Part shown: positions 8,714 to 19,682 of the stretch, in pieces
Layout: each line of letters starts with the position of its first letter
Numbering within the stretch: the first letter of the stretch is position 1
Origin: a virus
Lineage: Duplodnaviria; Caudoviricetes
Reading direction: 5' to 3' (one strand)
IMG/VR virus record: IMGVR_UViG_3300029288_000085
Location: 80,335-144,334 of that record
DNA: 64,000 nucleotides
Translations under genes and position numbers: made by a program
Notes under the pieces: model-generated
Database searches by the model: none
What the model was told of the DNA's origin: nothing
The model's input: the letters and a program-made list of their open reading frames with translations, nothing else

Positions 8714-9561
8714 ATATCTATCTCTTGCTCAAAATTCTTAATAAGATGTGCCTTACCCCAATGTTGATTCATATTTGCTTTAAATTTTTTACAAGCAATA
8801 TTACAAAGTGAAATTAAAGCATTTCTTCTCTGGGTATACTTCCAATCTTTATCAGGATAGTTATCAATAAAATGACGTTTATGATGTTCTACTACTTGAC
8901 AGAAATCACCAGTGAACTTTGTTATTGTAAATCCCAAATGGTATGCTCTACACAGAATATCCTCATCATCAAATCCATAAGCAGAACCGAAGGATTCATC
9001 GTAGCCTCCTAAATCATCAATAAATCTACTTTTGAAAAATCCTAATCTTCCTCTATTTGTTTGCTTACTCTTAATAAAGACTAGTTTGTCAGTATCAAAC
9101 TGATTAGCTATTTCATTTATTCTTTTCGAAAATCCAAAAAGGGTTAAATGATCTGCATCAACATTATTGACTATATCTCCTGATGCAATTTTGAAAGCTA
9201 TGTTTCGTGAGTGTGTCATACTATAGAACTTTGGTTCTATTGTTTTATAGTAATTCAAATAACCTTCTTTAATATATTCTGACAACTCATGCTTAACAAA
9301 GTCATCCATATCATCATTACTGTTATAGTTCAATAATACAAACTCCGTATTTGGGTACGTTTCAATATTATCAATTAAATTAGTAACATATGTTTTTTTA
9401 AGATCATAAGTTCTTCCCATACACGTAGTGCAAATTGAAATCTTATATTCTTTTCTTATTGGATTTATAAATTCTGGTAAAACATACTCAAGGTTGAAAT
9501 ACTTTTCCCACACGTCTTCATTAGTCAAACCTAATAAGAAATCATCTCTCATCCTCATCAT
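8710..9561 (-). CDS. Glycosyltransferase family 2/7-like
   Basis: ISICTTCMGR, SRNIA, NVDAD, LGGYDESF...YGFDDEDI. Confidence 0.85.
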   Translation of the reverse strand: MMRMRDDFLLGLTNEDVWEKYFNLEYVLPEFINPIRKEYKISICTTCMGRTYDLKKTYVTNLIDNIETYPNTEFVLLNYNSNDDMDDFVKHELSEYIKEGYLNYYKTIEPKFYSMTHSRNIAFKIASGDIVNNVDADHLTLFGFSKRINEIANQFDTDKLVFIKSKQTNRGRLGFFKSRFIDDLGGYDESFGSAYGFDDEDILCRAYHLGFTITKFTGDFCQVVEHHKRHFIDNYPDKDWKYTQRRNALISLCNIACKKFKANMNQHWGKAHLIKNFEQEIDI

Positions 9562-10076
9562 AGTTTAGTTGCCCACACACAATCCTCTAACAGTGTAATA
9601 TTGTTACCAAATAATCTATCTATCACTACAGCTACATCCTTATGTCTTCGAGAATTATAGTCATGCCCAGACAATATACCATCTTTTCTGATATGAGGAA
9701 TCCAAGCAATGATATCCCGTTCTAATGCTGCCATGGAATGATCTGCGTCTATATAAACCATGTCAAAATATTCTAGTGGAAATATACTTGCTGCTTCAAC
9801 AGATTCCATCCTTAAAACTTTCAAAGCAGAAAAATATCTCATTAAAGTACAGGCATATTTATATAGACTATTCCAATCGTTTGGAGTAAGTCTAGACATA
9901 CGACCTTTATCACTTCCAAAGAAGCACCACGAATCAATTGCCCAATATTCCTTCACTTGTTTAGTATTCTTAAGTACATGTTTTACGGTTTTACTTTTCC
10001 ATATTCCTACTTCTGCAATCCTTTTACACTTATTATCTAGTATAAGTTTTAATACTGATTCACTATGAATTGGCAT
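9558..10076 (-). CDS. Class I SAM methyltransferase (Methyltransf_24-like)
   Basis: AEVGIW...IDSW...FDMVYIDADH...GILSGHDY. Confidence 0.85.
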   Translation of the reverse strand: MPIHSESVLKLILDNKCKRIAEVGIWKSKTVKHVLKNTKQVKEYWAIDSWCFFGSDKGRMSRLTPNDWNSLYKYACTLMRYFSALKVLRMESVEAASIFPLEYFDMVYIDADHSMAALERDIIAWIPHIRKDGILSGHDYNSRRHKDVAVVIDRLFGNNITLLEDCVWATKL

Positions 10077-12591
10077 AAATATCTATAATTACCTCATTCC
10101 ACTTTGCGGGGTCTAAATTAGCTTTTGCCCAATCTTTAGCATTTTGACCCAATGCTTGTCGAAATTTTTCTTTTCTTATTAATGTACTGAGATGAACTAA
10201 ACATTCATCATAATGAGTAAAATAGTATCCTGTATCACCATGAATTATTCTATCTTTTGTACCATCTCTAGGTTCTGAGAGAATTGGCAATCCGGTAGCT
10301 AAAGCTTCTGCAATACAACGAGGATAGTTATCTCTCCACATATTACTTGTTCGATATAAATATATATGTCCTTTGCTTAAAAATTCTTCTACTGGGATTT
10401 CATCCCATTTAAAGAACTTCATCCGTGGTTCATCCTTAAAGAATTCTGCAAGTTCTTTATGAGCTTCCATAAACCAAAATTGTGTATTCTTAGTATCTTT
10501 GAGAAGTCTCTGATAAAATTTAGTATCTAATTCCTTATCAAGATGTTTCTGCCATATATGTATTTTGCTTCCATTCTTCACAGATTCATTAGTAGTATAT
10601 TTTCTATAATCTGGAGTACAATGTTTAAGTACTATGAGAGGTTCATCTTTTTCTCTTGGTTTTGTACATACCTCGTAGAATTTATTCATATCTATAGCTC
10701 CAAATAATACTATCTTCTTCGTATTATCAAATCCAATAACTTGTCTTTCCCATTCCTGTTTCTTCTCTTCATTTTGAAATATAACTGCCTTCAACTTATT
10801 TGATTTGATAAGCCATTCTGAAATATCAGGATTCTTGAGATGACCAAACATATAATTAATGCCTATTATAAGTATAGAACATTTATCAACTAATTTCTTA
10901 CCAGCTTGTAAAAAATCATTTATATTATCGTTACCATAGAATAGTAACGGGGTATTTTCAATACATTCAGATATACATCTTCCACCATCGGGCTTGAAAC
11001 TATAGTTTGATAGGTGTACATTCTTAGATTTTATATCTTTATAATTTTCATGTACACTATCCCAAGGAAATAATTGGACATCCCACCCTGCATCACCTAA
11101 TACATCAGCAATCTTAATCAGACTTTGTTCCCCACCACCATGACTACTGAGACTACCTAACAGATTTATAGATTTAGTTTTTTCAACAATTTCAAAGCTA
11201 TTAGAAATTTTAATTGCATCATCAGTATTTACTTTATCGCATGCAACACACGTTGTACAATCATCACTATCAGAAGCTATGCAATCTCTTCTGTTCATAT
11301 ATGTATAAATATCTCCTTCATAATATCGTTTTATTGCTCTTATGACATCGTCCGAAGTAATCACATCCATACACTCTTGGATAGTTCTACCATCAGAAGA
11401 AGTTGTACTTTTACATAAATTCTTATTTTGCTTTGGATCTTTAGGTATAGGTATAATCCTAGATTTCCAACATCCACCATTATCACAACATGTAAATACT
11501 CCATTTGTATGAAGAATCTGATGATTACAGTATTCTGTCCACGCTTTTGACTCTCTACCACCTTCTATAACTACACAGGGCTTTCTCCCTTTTTCAGTAT
11601 ACTTAGATGGAATTGCTGCTGCAAGATGCATTAACATACTGATACCGCTAATGCAACCATCAGCATGATAGACTAGGGAAACTAGTGGTCTCATATTATC
11701 ATTGAATTTATCAGTCAAATCAATGATATTATTCAACTTTTCTACTAAATGATCACTTCGTCCTATAACTACAAATTTTATCTTTCCTTCAAAATGGTCT
11801 ATGACTTCTTGGAATCTTCTCCAATCCCAAATCTTTGTAGTGGCATCCCGTTTTCCTCCAGGAGCTATTAGCCAATACTTATTATATCCATATACCTTTT
11901 GTATAAGATCATGTTTCTTTTCATCTTCACTTAAATGAATATCCCCACGTTGTCTAGCAAATGACTTTCCAAAGTTCTTATATTGATTTACTAATGAGAT
12001 GAATGGTTCATGAGAATTAGCATTCTTGTCTGGTTTACCAAGACAAGGATCTCCTACTTCACCATTTGCAAAAGCACTACAGAATTCTCCTAATGACACA
12101 GGAAGACTTTTATGTAAATCAGTGATAGCAATCATATCTAATAGAAATGCCATCGTGAAGTGTACGTATGTATTATTTGCCGACGCAATTGCTGGATATC
12201 CAACATCATAATATTCAACATCTTTGTCTTCTTTTTTCAAAGACCTATCTATATATGGATTATTTTCCCAAATCCAAGGTTGACTACTATCTACATTTAT
12301 TCTTATATCTGGAAAGAGAAGTTTGAAATCTCTAACCCCTGCACTAAACATTAAGGCATCTCCTACTGCTCGTTTATGTGCAAAGATTATTTTTCTATCA
12401 TTATTATCTGATTCTGTTAAATTCTGAGCCACTTCTTTTTTGAATATTGTATCATCAGGAGTATGAAGATGTAGATGACCGTCATCAAACTTCAACCCGA
12501 TCAATACTTGGCTTAAACTTTTATCACCAATTTCTTTTGTTTTGAGTATATCTTCTGCCTCATCTAGAAGTCTCTGTTTTATCTTATTCAC
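10063..12591 (-). CDS. Bifunctional glycosyltransferase (GT9 heptosyltransferase-like plus GT4-like)
   Basis: N-half AVGDALM...ENNPYI...TTKIW...ISMLMHLAAA; C-half GGGEQS...DNYPRCIAEALATGLPI...IIHGDTGY. Confidence 0.8.
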   Translation of the reverse strand: MNKIKQRLLDEAEDILKTKEIGDKSLSQVLIGLKFDDGHLHLHTPDDTIFKKEVAQNLTESDNNDRKIIFAHKRAVGDALMFSAGVRDFKLLFPDIRINVDSSQPWIWENNPYIDRSLKKEDKDVEYYDVGYPAIASANNTYVHFTMAFLLDMIAITDLHKSLPVSLGEFCSAFANGEVGDPCLGKPDKNANSHEPFISLVNQYKNFGKSFARQRGDIHLSEDEKKHDLIQKVYGYNKYWLIAPGGKRDATTKIWDWRRFQEVIDHFEGKIKFVVIGRSDHLVEKLNNIIDLTDKFNDNMRPLVSLVYHADGCISGISMLMHLAAAIPSKYTEKGRKPCVVIEGGRESKAWTEYCNHQILHTNGVFTCCDNGGCWKSRIIPIPKDPKQNKNLCKSTTSSDGRTIQECMDVITSDDVIRAIKRYYEGDIYTYMNRRDCIASDSDDCTTCVACDKVNTDDAIKISNSFEIVEKTKSINLLGSLSSHGGGEQSLIKIADVLGDAGWDVQLFPWDSVHENYKDIKSKNVHLSNYSFKPDGGRCISECIENTPLLFYGNDNINDFLQAGKKLVDKCSILIIGINYMFGHLKNPDISEWLIKSNKLKAVIFQNEEKKQEWERQVIGFDNTKKIVLFGAIDMNKFYEVCTKPREKDEPLIVLKHCTPDYRKYTTNESVKNGSKIHIWQKHLDKELDTKFYQRLLKDTKNTQFWFMEAHKELAEFFKDEPRMKFFKWDEIPVEEFLSKGHIYLYRTSNMWRDNYPRCIAEALATGLPILSEPRDGTKDRIIHGDTGYYFTHYDECLVHLSTLIRKEKFRQALGQNAKDWAKANLDPAKWNEVIIDIYANS

Positions 12592-13148
12592 TTCTTAACC
12601 TTATAAAAAAGTTCACGCCAAGTATCTAGAGGTAAATCCATAATCCCATTAACCCCAACCATTTGTTTACGCAATTCTGCTTTTCTGAATATGTTTTCTT
12701 CAGTCAAAACTACAGTCAATGAAATATTAAATTTAGAATAATCTGTAACACCATAAAGTAAATGTTCTACTTTTGTCTGATTACAAATTTTAGATAGGAT
12801 AATGTTAAGCCAACCTACATCCATACTTAATACTCTTGAAATTCCACCTGTCAATAAATATAAAGATAACTGCGTAGTCAACCTAACAATATCAACACTA
12901 TCTCTCTCATATCCTAAATTGATAATCTTTTTAATATTTAGTTCTTTACCAATACGGAATAAATCATCTGACCTTTGTTCATATACAGCAGATTTACAAA
13001 TATCATCTCTACAAAAAAATATTGGTCTATCATCATCTTTATTTATAACTACTATATCATAAACATCTTTAGGAACAGATAGGATAAGACCAGAACAATG
13101 TTTAACCCAATCATAAGAATTATTACTAACTATAAGCGACTTGGACAT
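12588..13148 (-). CDS. Hypothetical protein, weak PIG-L/LmbE deacetylase-like resemblance
   Basis: QRSDDLFRIGKELNIKKIINLGY segment; canonical HxDD motif not evident. Confidence 0.35.
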   Translation of the reverse strand: MSKSLIVSNNSYDWVKHCSGLILSVPKDVYDIVVINKDDDRPIFFCRDDICKSAVYEQRSDDLFRIGKELNIKKIINLGYERDSVDIVRLTTQLSLYLLTGGISRVLSMDVGWLNIILSKICNQTKVEHLLYGVTDYSKFNISLTVVLTEENIFRKAELRKQMVGVNGIMDLPLDTWRELFYKVKK

Positions 13149-13151
13149 AAT

Positions 13152-14162
13152 TTACCTCAAATAGTTTTTATTATCTGTATAAATATTGCTTGAAATATCA
13201 ACTTCTGACCACCAATTAGGGTTTTCTTTGTACCATTTGATAGTTTTCTGAATACTCCCTTTTAAGTTAGTTATTGGGGCAAAGTCTAACTCCTCTTTTA
13301 TTTTAGAACTATTTATAGCATATTGTCTATCATTTCCTGGACGATTAAATACTTGTTCTATATAACTACTCCATAACTCTATGTTATCCTCACCAGTTAA
13401 TTCCTTCAGCAGTAGCATCAACATATACTTATTAGTACAACGGATTCCACTACCAACATTATAGATTTGTCCTACTATCCCCCCATTGAGAACTTTCATA
13501 ATCCCATTACAACAATCTTGTACATATATCCATTCTCTTTTCTCATTGCCTTCTCCATGTAAGAACATTTTTTCTCCTCGAAGAAATCTAAGTATATTAA
13601 AAGGAACTAATTTCTCTGGATATTGTCTTTCCCCCATATTATTTGAAGGGCGTACAATAATTAATGGAAGATTATATGTTTTATAATAAGACAACAATAA
13701 AAGATCAGCAGCAGCTTTACTAGCAGCATAAGGGCTATTTGGAATCATAGGAAATGATTCATCTGCTTCACCACTATAACTATCACCATATACCTCATCT
13801 GTTGAAATATGAATGAATCTTTCTATCCCAAGTTTAAGTGAACAATATGCTAAATTGAATACACCAAGTACGTCTGTCTTAACAAAATCCATAGGATTAG
13901 TAATAGATCTGTCAACGTGAGTCTGAGCAGCAAAATTAACTACAGTATCAATTTTGTGATATTTCATAATATCTATTATAGTTGGATCTTCTATTCCAAC
14001 ATATAAAATCTTCTCAAAGTCTACATTCCTGACATTTTTTATATTACCAGCATAAGTCATTTTATCTAAGATTACCACATTAAACTTGTAGTTATTATAT
14101 AACTGCTCAACAAAATGACTGCCCATAAAACCACAAGATCCGGTAACAAGTATATTTTTCAC
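13152..14162 (-). CDS. rmlB: dTDP-glucose 4,6-dehydratase
   Basis: ILVTGSCGFMGS, DKMTYAGN, NFAAQTHVDRSI, ISTDEVYG, SPYAASKA, RPGNDRQYA. Confidence 0.93.
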   Translation of the reverse strand: MKNILVTGSCGFMGSHFVEQLYNNYKFNVVILDKMTYAGNIKNVRNVDFEKILYVGIEDPTIIDIMKYHKIDTVVNFAAQTHVDRSITNPMDFVKTDVLGVFNLAYCSLKLGIERFIHISTDEVYGDSYSGEADESFPMIPNSPYAASKAAADLLLLSYYKTYNLPLIIVRPSNNMGERQYPEKLVPFNILRFLRGEKMFLHGEGNEKREWIYVQDCCNGIMKVLNGGIVGQIYNVGSGIRCTNKYMLMLLLKELTGEDNIELWSSYIEQVFNRPGNDRQYAINSSKIKEELDFAPITNLKGSIQKTIKWYKENPNWWSEVDISSNIYTDNKNYLR

Positions 14163-15005
14163 CTATTCAATACTTTCTCCTTCCTTTATAAATTGATGAT
14201 ATAATTCATAAAGTTGTTCTTTGGTAAAAAGACATCTACTACTTTTAATTAAGTTTTTTTCTGCTAATATTAATCGTAAGTTTATTGGGGAAGCTATAAT
14301 TTCGGATGGTATATTATTTTCAAAACCTTTGGCAACTGAATATATGTGATCTAAGACATATCCAGTACTACCATTTCTAGATCTTTTTAAATTTTGTGAA
14401 TTTATTAAATAGTAGTACTTTGAAAAATTTATATTAGATAATTTTCTTACTTCAGTTTGGTATACACTTGCTTTTTCTAACTCTTCTTTTGAATATTTTT
14501 TTTGATTAAATATTGGACACTCATCCTTACATCTTTGAGAGCAGTAAAATCTTCTATCTCCCCTACTTTTACCATTTATAACTGCAATTCTTCCTTGAAC
14601 ACTATACCAACTTGGTGTAAACCATTGTTTACATTTTAGACATTTGACTTGTAGTATATTATGATCTTCTGGATTTCTACGTGTTTCTTCACAGAAAGAA
14701 ATTTGTGAAGCATATGTATCATACAACGGTAATTTTTTACTACGTACTCCCCCCTTCCAATTTCTATTTTTATTTCCTAAAGAATCAATACTTCTTTTTT
14801 TTCTATCTTCTTTAGATATATCTTTTCTAGCACAGGAGTTTGAACAATATAAACCAAACGAATGACCAGTTGATAAAAATGGTTCCCCACAAATTTTACA
14901 AAAGTCAACATACTTATATCTTTCTGACTTGTTTGATTTAGAATACCAATGCCCACTTTTACAGCTATATCTCAAATTTTCTAGATTATCCCAACAAATT
15001 TTCAT
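14163..15005 (-). CDS. Homing endonuclease, paralog of 1047-1985 with a different HNH C-terminus
   Basis: Shared MKI.W.N.ENLRY and TY.SQISFCEE.R.NP...NILQV.C..CK.W.TP; C-terminal LDHIYSV...ASPINL...N..K. Confidence 0.75.
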   Translation of the reverse strand: MKICWDNLENLRYSCKSGHWYSKSNKSERYKYVDFCKICGEPFLSTGHSFGLYCSNSCARKDISKEDRKKRSIDSLGNKNRNWKGGVRSKKLPLYDTYASQISFCEETRRNPEDHNILQVKCLKCKQWFTPSWYSVQGRIAVINGKSRGDRRFYCSQRCKDECPIFNQKKYSKEELEKASVYQTEVRKLSNINFSKYYYLINSQNLKRSRNGSTGYVLDHIYSVAKGFENNIPSEIIASPINLRLILAEKNLIKSSRCLFTKEQLYELYHQFIKEGESIE

Positions 15006-15680
15006 CTATCTCTCATCCTTATAATTATAAACCTTCAACAGAGAAGAAAGTTTTTCAAATAAGTCATTAATAGAAAAATCACACACATTAGTAAAGAACC
15101 CATTATATATAGTCTCCCAATTCTTGTATAAATCTATCTGAGAGGTATCCAAACCTCTAGGGTATCTTTCTTTTTGCCCTTCATGTCTAATTCTTTCCCA
15201 AGGTTTTAACATAATATCTTCAAAAGGTAATCCTAAAAACTTACACATTTTGTCAGTTTCTAATTTTATGTTAGTAATTACATCTTCAACCTTTATAGTT
15301 AATATATTTCCTGGAAAATTTTTATATAGTTCACAATATATAAAGGCAGCCCAAAACATATCTTTTATGTTACCTTTAAAACTTGCATCATCTGCTCTTT
15401 TCCATCCTCTGAAGATTTTACTTGCTGCTTGATCAAATGGATGACGAGTAGTCCAAATAATCTTACTATCAGGGTTATTTATAAAAAACCTACATACAAC
15501 ATTAAAATTAGGTATGTAGTTAGTATCACACTTTGTTAAATAGTTATGGATATATAATGTATCTCTCAAAAATAATTGTTTATCTTCGGGATAAGATGAG
15601 GGGATCAAAAAAGATGAACCCGAAATAATTTCAAGTATCAAATTTGTCCCAGAACGTCCATTACTTAAAACTACTACCAT
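15006..15680 (-). CDS. PAPS-dependent sulfotransferase
   Basis: 5'-PSB loop GRSGTNL, 3'-PB motif RHPFDQAAS, and KVED...MCKFLGLPF. Confidence 0.8.
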   Translation of the reverse strand: MVVVLSNGRSGTNLILEIISGSSFLIPSSYPEDKQLFLRDTLYIHNYLTKCDTNYIPNFNVVCRFFINNPDSKIIWTTRHPFDQAASKIFRGWKRADDASFKGNIKDMFWAAFIYCELYKNFPGNILTIKVEDVITNIKLETDKMCKFLGLPFEDIMLKPWERIRHEGQKERYPRGLDTSQIDLYKNWETIYNGFFTNVCDFSINDLFEKLSSLLKVYNYKDER

Positions 15681-15689
15681 TTAAATCAC

Positions 15690-16337
15690 CTATTTTAATT
15701 CTATGAGTGAGCAATAACTTGCCCAAGGAGTTGAAACTATTCTCTTAGCAACTGCTTCATAATCCGTGAAAAAAACAATACTAGGTTTTCTATGACTAAG
15801 AGCTAGAAAACTAATGAAACCTTCTGGTCCTAAGAATCCTTCTGAGTTAATTACTATATCTATTATATCAATAATATTAGTTTTACTAATAAGATTAATA
15901 CAACCTTTTATATCCTTATATTTTGAACTAGTACCCACTAATACACATCTATTTGTGTAACTCTTTATAGTTTGTTCTACATATGATATTTCTAATTCCT
16001 TACAATTATATCCTTTGTCCTTTCCTGAATGTGGTTGAATTATGATATATGGTTTCCTAATTTTATAATGAATCCGTGAAGTATCATATCTCAAATATGG
16101 AAAATACTCCATGTCTGGAGAATGTGAATCCGATGTAATTTCTTCTAGATCAGTTCTCGGATTTTCAACTGAAACCCATTTTACATTTGGTGCTAGTGAA
16201 AATACATTCTGTATTGACTCATTCCAATAGGAATGCTTAGTATGATGATAAACTATTATATTGTCTTTAATATTGAGTAGTTTACAAGTCTGAATGTATG
16301 CATCACCCAGTGAACCATTTACAGAAAGTTCTTTCAT
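15690..16337 (-). CDS. GT9-like glycosyltransferase
   Basis: GSLGDA, YIIIQPHS, INLISKTN, FLGPEGF. Confidence 0.65.
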   Translation of the reverse strand: MKELSVNGSLGDAYIQTCKLLNIKDNIIVYHHTKHSYWNESIQNVFSLAPNVKWVSVENPRTDLEEITSDSHSPDMEYFPYLRYDTSRIHYKIRKPYIIIQPHSGKDKGYNCKELEISYVEQTIKSYTNRCVLVGTSSKYKDIKGCINLISKTNIIDIIDIVINSEGFLGPEGFISFLALSHRKPSIVFFTDYEAVAKRIVSTPWASYCSLIELK

Positions 16338-17053
16338 ACTTGTCCATATTTTCGCATAGTTAGCAGATCATCTTTCATTAAACCTACACGTTCCAAAATA
16401 GGGATAAAACCTCCCTGACCGGCATAGTGTGTCACAAAAGCATCTGCTCTAGATTTGCCACACCAATTTTCTGTGAACATAGACATAAAGTTATATTCTA
16501 TTGGAAGTTCATAAATTGGAATATTCATTTTATGAATTTGATATCCAAGATAAACATCATCGAAACCTAGTCCCAACCAGAGATTTTCTTCTGATACTGG
16601 TTTAAATATTTCTCGTGATGACTTTGGAAACAACGCAAATCCAGTGTTTATATATCCTGTTTTCCAACCAACATCACCAAACTGCTTCTGTACTAGAGTA
16701 ATTCTTTTTCTTCTATCTTCCTGTCTACTACCTACATCCTCATAGATTGAGGCAATATGATTTTCAGGAACGACTTCAAATATATTAGGACACTTGTTTG
16801 AAATTAAGATATCAGTATCTACAGATAGAATAGAATCATACTCTTCAAACAAATCATAGAATTGCATTATCCGATAATGTTTATGCAATCCTTTACAATC
16901 TTCAATAACTTTAAAATCAGCCCCACATCTCTCAGCATAGGATTTAAGTAAGGGATGCGTCAAAATTGCCATATCAGTTTGTGTTTCATCGGATCTTGTT
17001 GCTATAAGTCTTTTCATTTTTCCCTCAAAAGTTATATAATTTCCTAAAATCAT
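16334..17053 (-). CDS. GT8-like glycosyltransferase
   Basis: ILSVDTDILI, YINTGF, LPIEYN, THYAG. Confidence 0.75.
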   Translation of the reverse strand: MILGNYITFEGKMKRLIATRSDETQTDMAILTHPLLKSYAERCGADFKVIEDCKGLHKHYRIMQFYDLFEEYDSILSVDTDILISNKCPNIFEVVPENHIASIYEDVGSRQEDRRKRITLVQKQFGDVGWKTGYINTGFALFPKSSREIFKPVSEENLWLGLGFDDVYLGYQIHKMNIPIYELPIEYNFMSMFTENWCGKSRADAFVTHYAGQGGFIPILERVGLMKDDLLTMRKYGQV

Positions 17054-17924
17054 TAATCTTTGTTAGACCAGACTCCTCTATTAACTTATGATGTTGACCA
17101 TTATAAACATGGAGATATCCATTAGAATTTGGGGTGAAATCTTTTGCATACCATGGAGATTTTAATCCTGATAATTCTTGGTTCTTATTGACCCAATATT
17201 CCTCATCACCAAGATAATAACTTCTATATATCTTCATAAGCCAATCAGTTTTTAATTTCTGATTTGTTCCAGCATATTCTGATTGCCAAAAATCATATTT
17301 CATCCACGGATTTTGGAGCATAGAGTAGTGAAACATCAGATTCGTTGTCTTATATATCTTATTTACTTTCTGATCCCATCTTTGTGTAGGAATAAATCTC
17401 TGATTCTCATTTTCTATTTTGAATAATCTAAAATGTGATCCAAAAAGATAATGTTGCATATTGATATAAAAGAATCGTTCTGATAATTCTATCTTGTTGC
17501 AGTTGTCAAAATCTATAACCCTATAAATTTCTTCTACTAGTTCTTGGCTAAAAAATTCATCCACATCTAGAGTAAATATCCAACTTCCTTTTTCAAAATA
17601 CACAGAGTTATATTTCAGCATAGTATTGAAAATATTAGCTTTTTCAGTTGAATGTTTTCCATCACCAACTAAAGCACCTGATATAACTTCCATATGCTTG
17701 CATTTCCAGTTATTGATTTCTCGTTCAGTAATGAAATAGTCTTTAAACTCATTAGCCAAATTATATGTATTATCTTCATATTTTGTCATGTCTGGAGAAT
17801 GTGGAGCAACCCACACTAGCACTTCATCACAGATATCCACTGCTTGTTTAAGTGCTAATTCTACGAATCCCTCAGATCCCCATGCTGCCATCAAACCAAT
17901 TATTTTTCTAGTCTTATCCACCAA
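17025..17924 (-). CDS. GT2-like glycosyltransferase
   Basis: WIFTLDVDEF, RLFK, MFHYS. Confidence 0.65.
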   Translation of the reverse strand: MVDKTRKIIGLMAAWGSEGFVELALKQAVDICDEVLVWVAPHSPDMTKYEDNTYNLANEFKDYFITEREINNWKCKHMEVISGALVGDGKHSTEKANIFNTMLKYNSVYFEKGSWIFTLDVDEFFSQELVEEIYRVIDFDNCNKIELSERFFYINMQHYLFGSHFRLFKIENENQRFIPTQRWDQKVNKIYKTTNLMFHYSMLQNPWMKYDFWQSEYAGTNQKLKTDWLMKIYRSYYLGDEEYWVNKNQELSGLKSPWYAKDFTPNSNGYLHVYNGQHHKLIEESGLTKINDFRKLYNF

Positions 17925-18442
17925 TCTTCTCCTTCATGTTTTATCTTATCTAAACTACCAAAATATTTTGATATGCCATCCTTGACATATTTACGAGTAT
18001 AATCATGCCCTGCAATATATCCACCTTTCTTTACTTTGGGCATATATAATTCTACGTCCTTGCAAACTATTTCAACCCTATGATCACCATCTATATAAAC
18101 AAAATCTAATTCTTCATCTGGGATACGAGTATGAGCATTCCATGAATAATCTATTATCCATACTATTTTAGACTGATAACTTTTCAGATATTCTTTAGCA
18201 AAATCAAGAGATTCAGGTGACTGTTTATTAGTAGAAAGTGTTCCATCTTTTGCAGAAGGGTATGGTTGATAAGAATCTATAAGATAAATAGTTTTAATAT
18301 TCAATGTTGACAATATGCGTAATGCATTATACCCATATTGCACACCTACTTCTGCAACAATCATTTCACTTCTACTTCTCAAAGCTTCTAACTTCAAAAA
18401 TGGTCTGTTCTTATTATTTTGTCTTTCAGGATTAGGTAGCAC
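17900..18442 (-). CDS. Class I SAM methyltransferase (Methyltransf_24-like)
   Basis: AEVGV...LDFVYIDGDH...GGYIAGHDY. Confidence 0.85.
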   Translation of the reverse strand: MLPNPERQNNKNRPFLKLEALRSRSEMIVAEVGVQYGYNALRILSTLNIKTIYLIDSYQPYPSAKDGTLSTNKQSPESLDFAKEYLKSYQSKIVWIIDYSWNAHTRIPDEELDFVYIDGDHRVEIVCKDVELYMPKVKKGGYIAGHDYTRKYVKDGISKYFGSLDKIKHEGEDWWIRLEK

Positions 18443-19682
18443 TTTTCTGTCCTAATAATATTTTCTGATGCCAAGGAATCTTATCCTTGAACATTTCTAC
18501 AAACCATTTCTGTATTTCTTTCAATTGTTGATTTGTGAAATTGGGTGTAGACCATATATCATTTGCGTACTCATCTACTTTACTCCAATCTACATCTTTA
18601 AATCTTTTGTAATCATAAAACTCTGTCCCTGGATATGGAGCTAGAATTGTAAATCCAATAACATCAGGATCTATATCTTTAGCTAATTCCATCGTTTTCA
18701 TTATTGAATCATTATCTTCTTCTGGTGTTCCTAATAGGAAGAATGCTCGTCTACTTAACCCATACTTTCTTCCCCATTCAAATACTTTCTTGATCTTATT
18801 TACAGTTACACCCTTATTTATACTGTTCAAGATTTTCTGAGAACCTGATTCTACTCCTACCATAATCATATCACAATCTGCTTTTGTCATCATCTCCAAA
18901 CTTTTTTCAGTTGCATAAGCAGCATGAACCATACAATCCCACTTGATATTATTTCTTCGCTTAATCTTCTCATTACAGAAGTTTAGTACTACGTTGTCAG
19001 ATACTGCCCATGTAGGATCTACAAATTTGATTCTATTTATATTATATTCTTTCTGCAAATACTCTATTTCATCCATCACATCGTTAGGATTTCTTATTCG
19101 CACATTTCCTTGTGTCATGCAGAATTCAGCACACATTTTACAATGACTCTTACACCCTCTTATACTCTGAACACTAGCAATCCTCTCCCCAAAATTCTTT
19201 TCACAATAGTCAAACTGTCTTTCTATCTTCATTGCTTTTCTATCTGGCCAATATCTAACGTAAGGAATAAGAAAACCTTCAAAGATTCTAAGTGATAAAT
19301 TCTTCAGAGATAATACAACAGGCAGAGTTACATCCCCCTCTCCTGCAATAATATAGTCAACAAATTTTGGGATTTCTAAAAAACCTGTTCTATAAGAAGC
19401 AGTTACATGCCATCCCCCCAATATAGTTTTTACATTAGGGTTGATCTTCTTTATCTCTTCCACAAAATATAATGCACGAGAATACGTAGGGCTTGTAGCA
19501 GATAAACATACAAAATCAGCCTTTGAGGATTCCTTAATTATATCTTCAGATTTATCAAATGCTTCGTGAAAAAAAAGAATATCTATATTTTTTATTAATA
19601 ACTTACATGCTTGAATAAGATATCCCGACCAAAGTGGTTCCCAAAAATTATGATAATATGGTTGTATAAAACTTACTTTCAT
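18432..19682 (-). CDS. Cobalamin-binding radical SAM enzyme
   Basis: N-terminal ILGGWHVT...IAGEGD B12 domain; RGCKSHCKMC CxxxCxxC; GVESGSQKIL; PYPGT. Confidence 0.9.
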   Translation of the reverse strand: MKVSFIQPYYHNFWEPLWSGYLIQACKLLIKNIDILFFHEAFDKSEDIIKESSKADFVCLSATSPTYSRALYFVEEIKKINPNVKTILGGWHVTASYRTGFLEIPKFVDYIIAGEGDVTLPVVLSLKNLSLRIFEGFLIPYVRYWPDRKAMKIERQFDYCEKNFGERIASVQSIRGCKSHCKMCAEFCMTQGNVRIRNPNDVMDEIEYLQKEYNINRIKFVDPTWAVSDNVVLNFCNEKIKRRNNIKWDCMVHAAYATEKSLEMMTKADCDMIMVGVESGSQKILNSINKGVTVNKIKKVFEWGRKYGLSRRAFFLLGTPEEDNDSIMKTMELAKDIDPDVIGFTILAPYPGTEFYDYKRFKDVDWSKVDEYANDIWSTPNFTNQQLKEIQKWFVEMFKDKIPWHQKILLGQKSAT

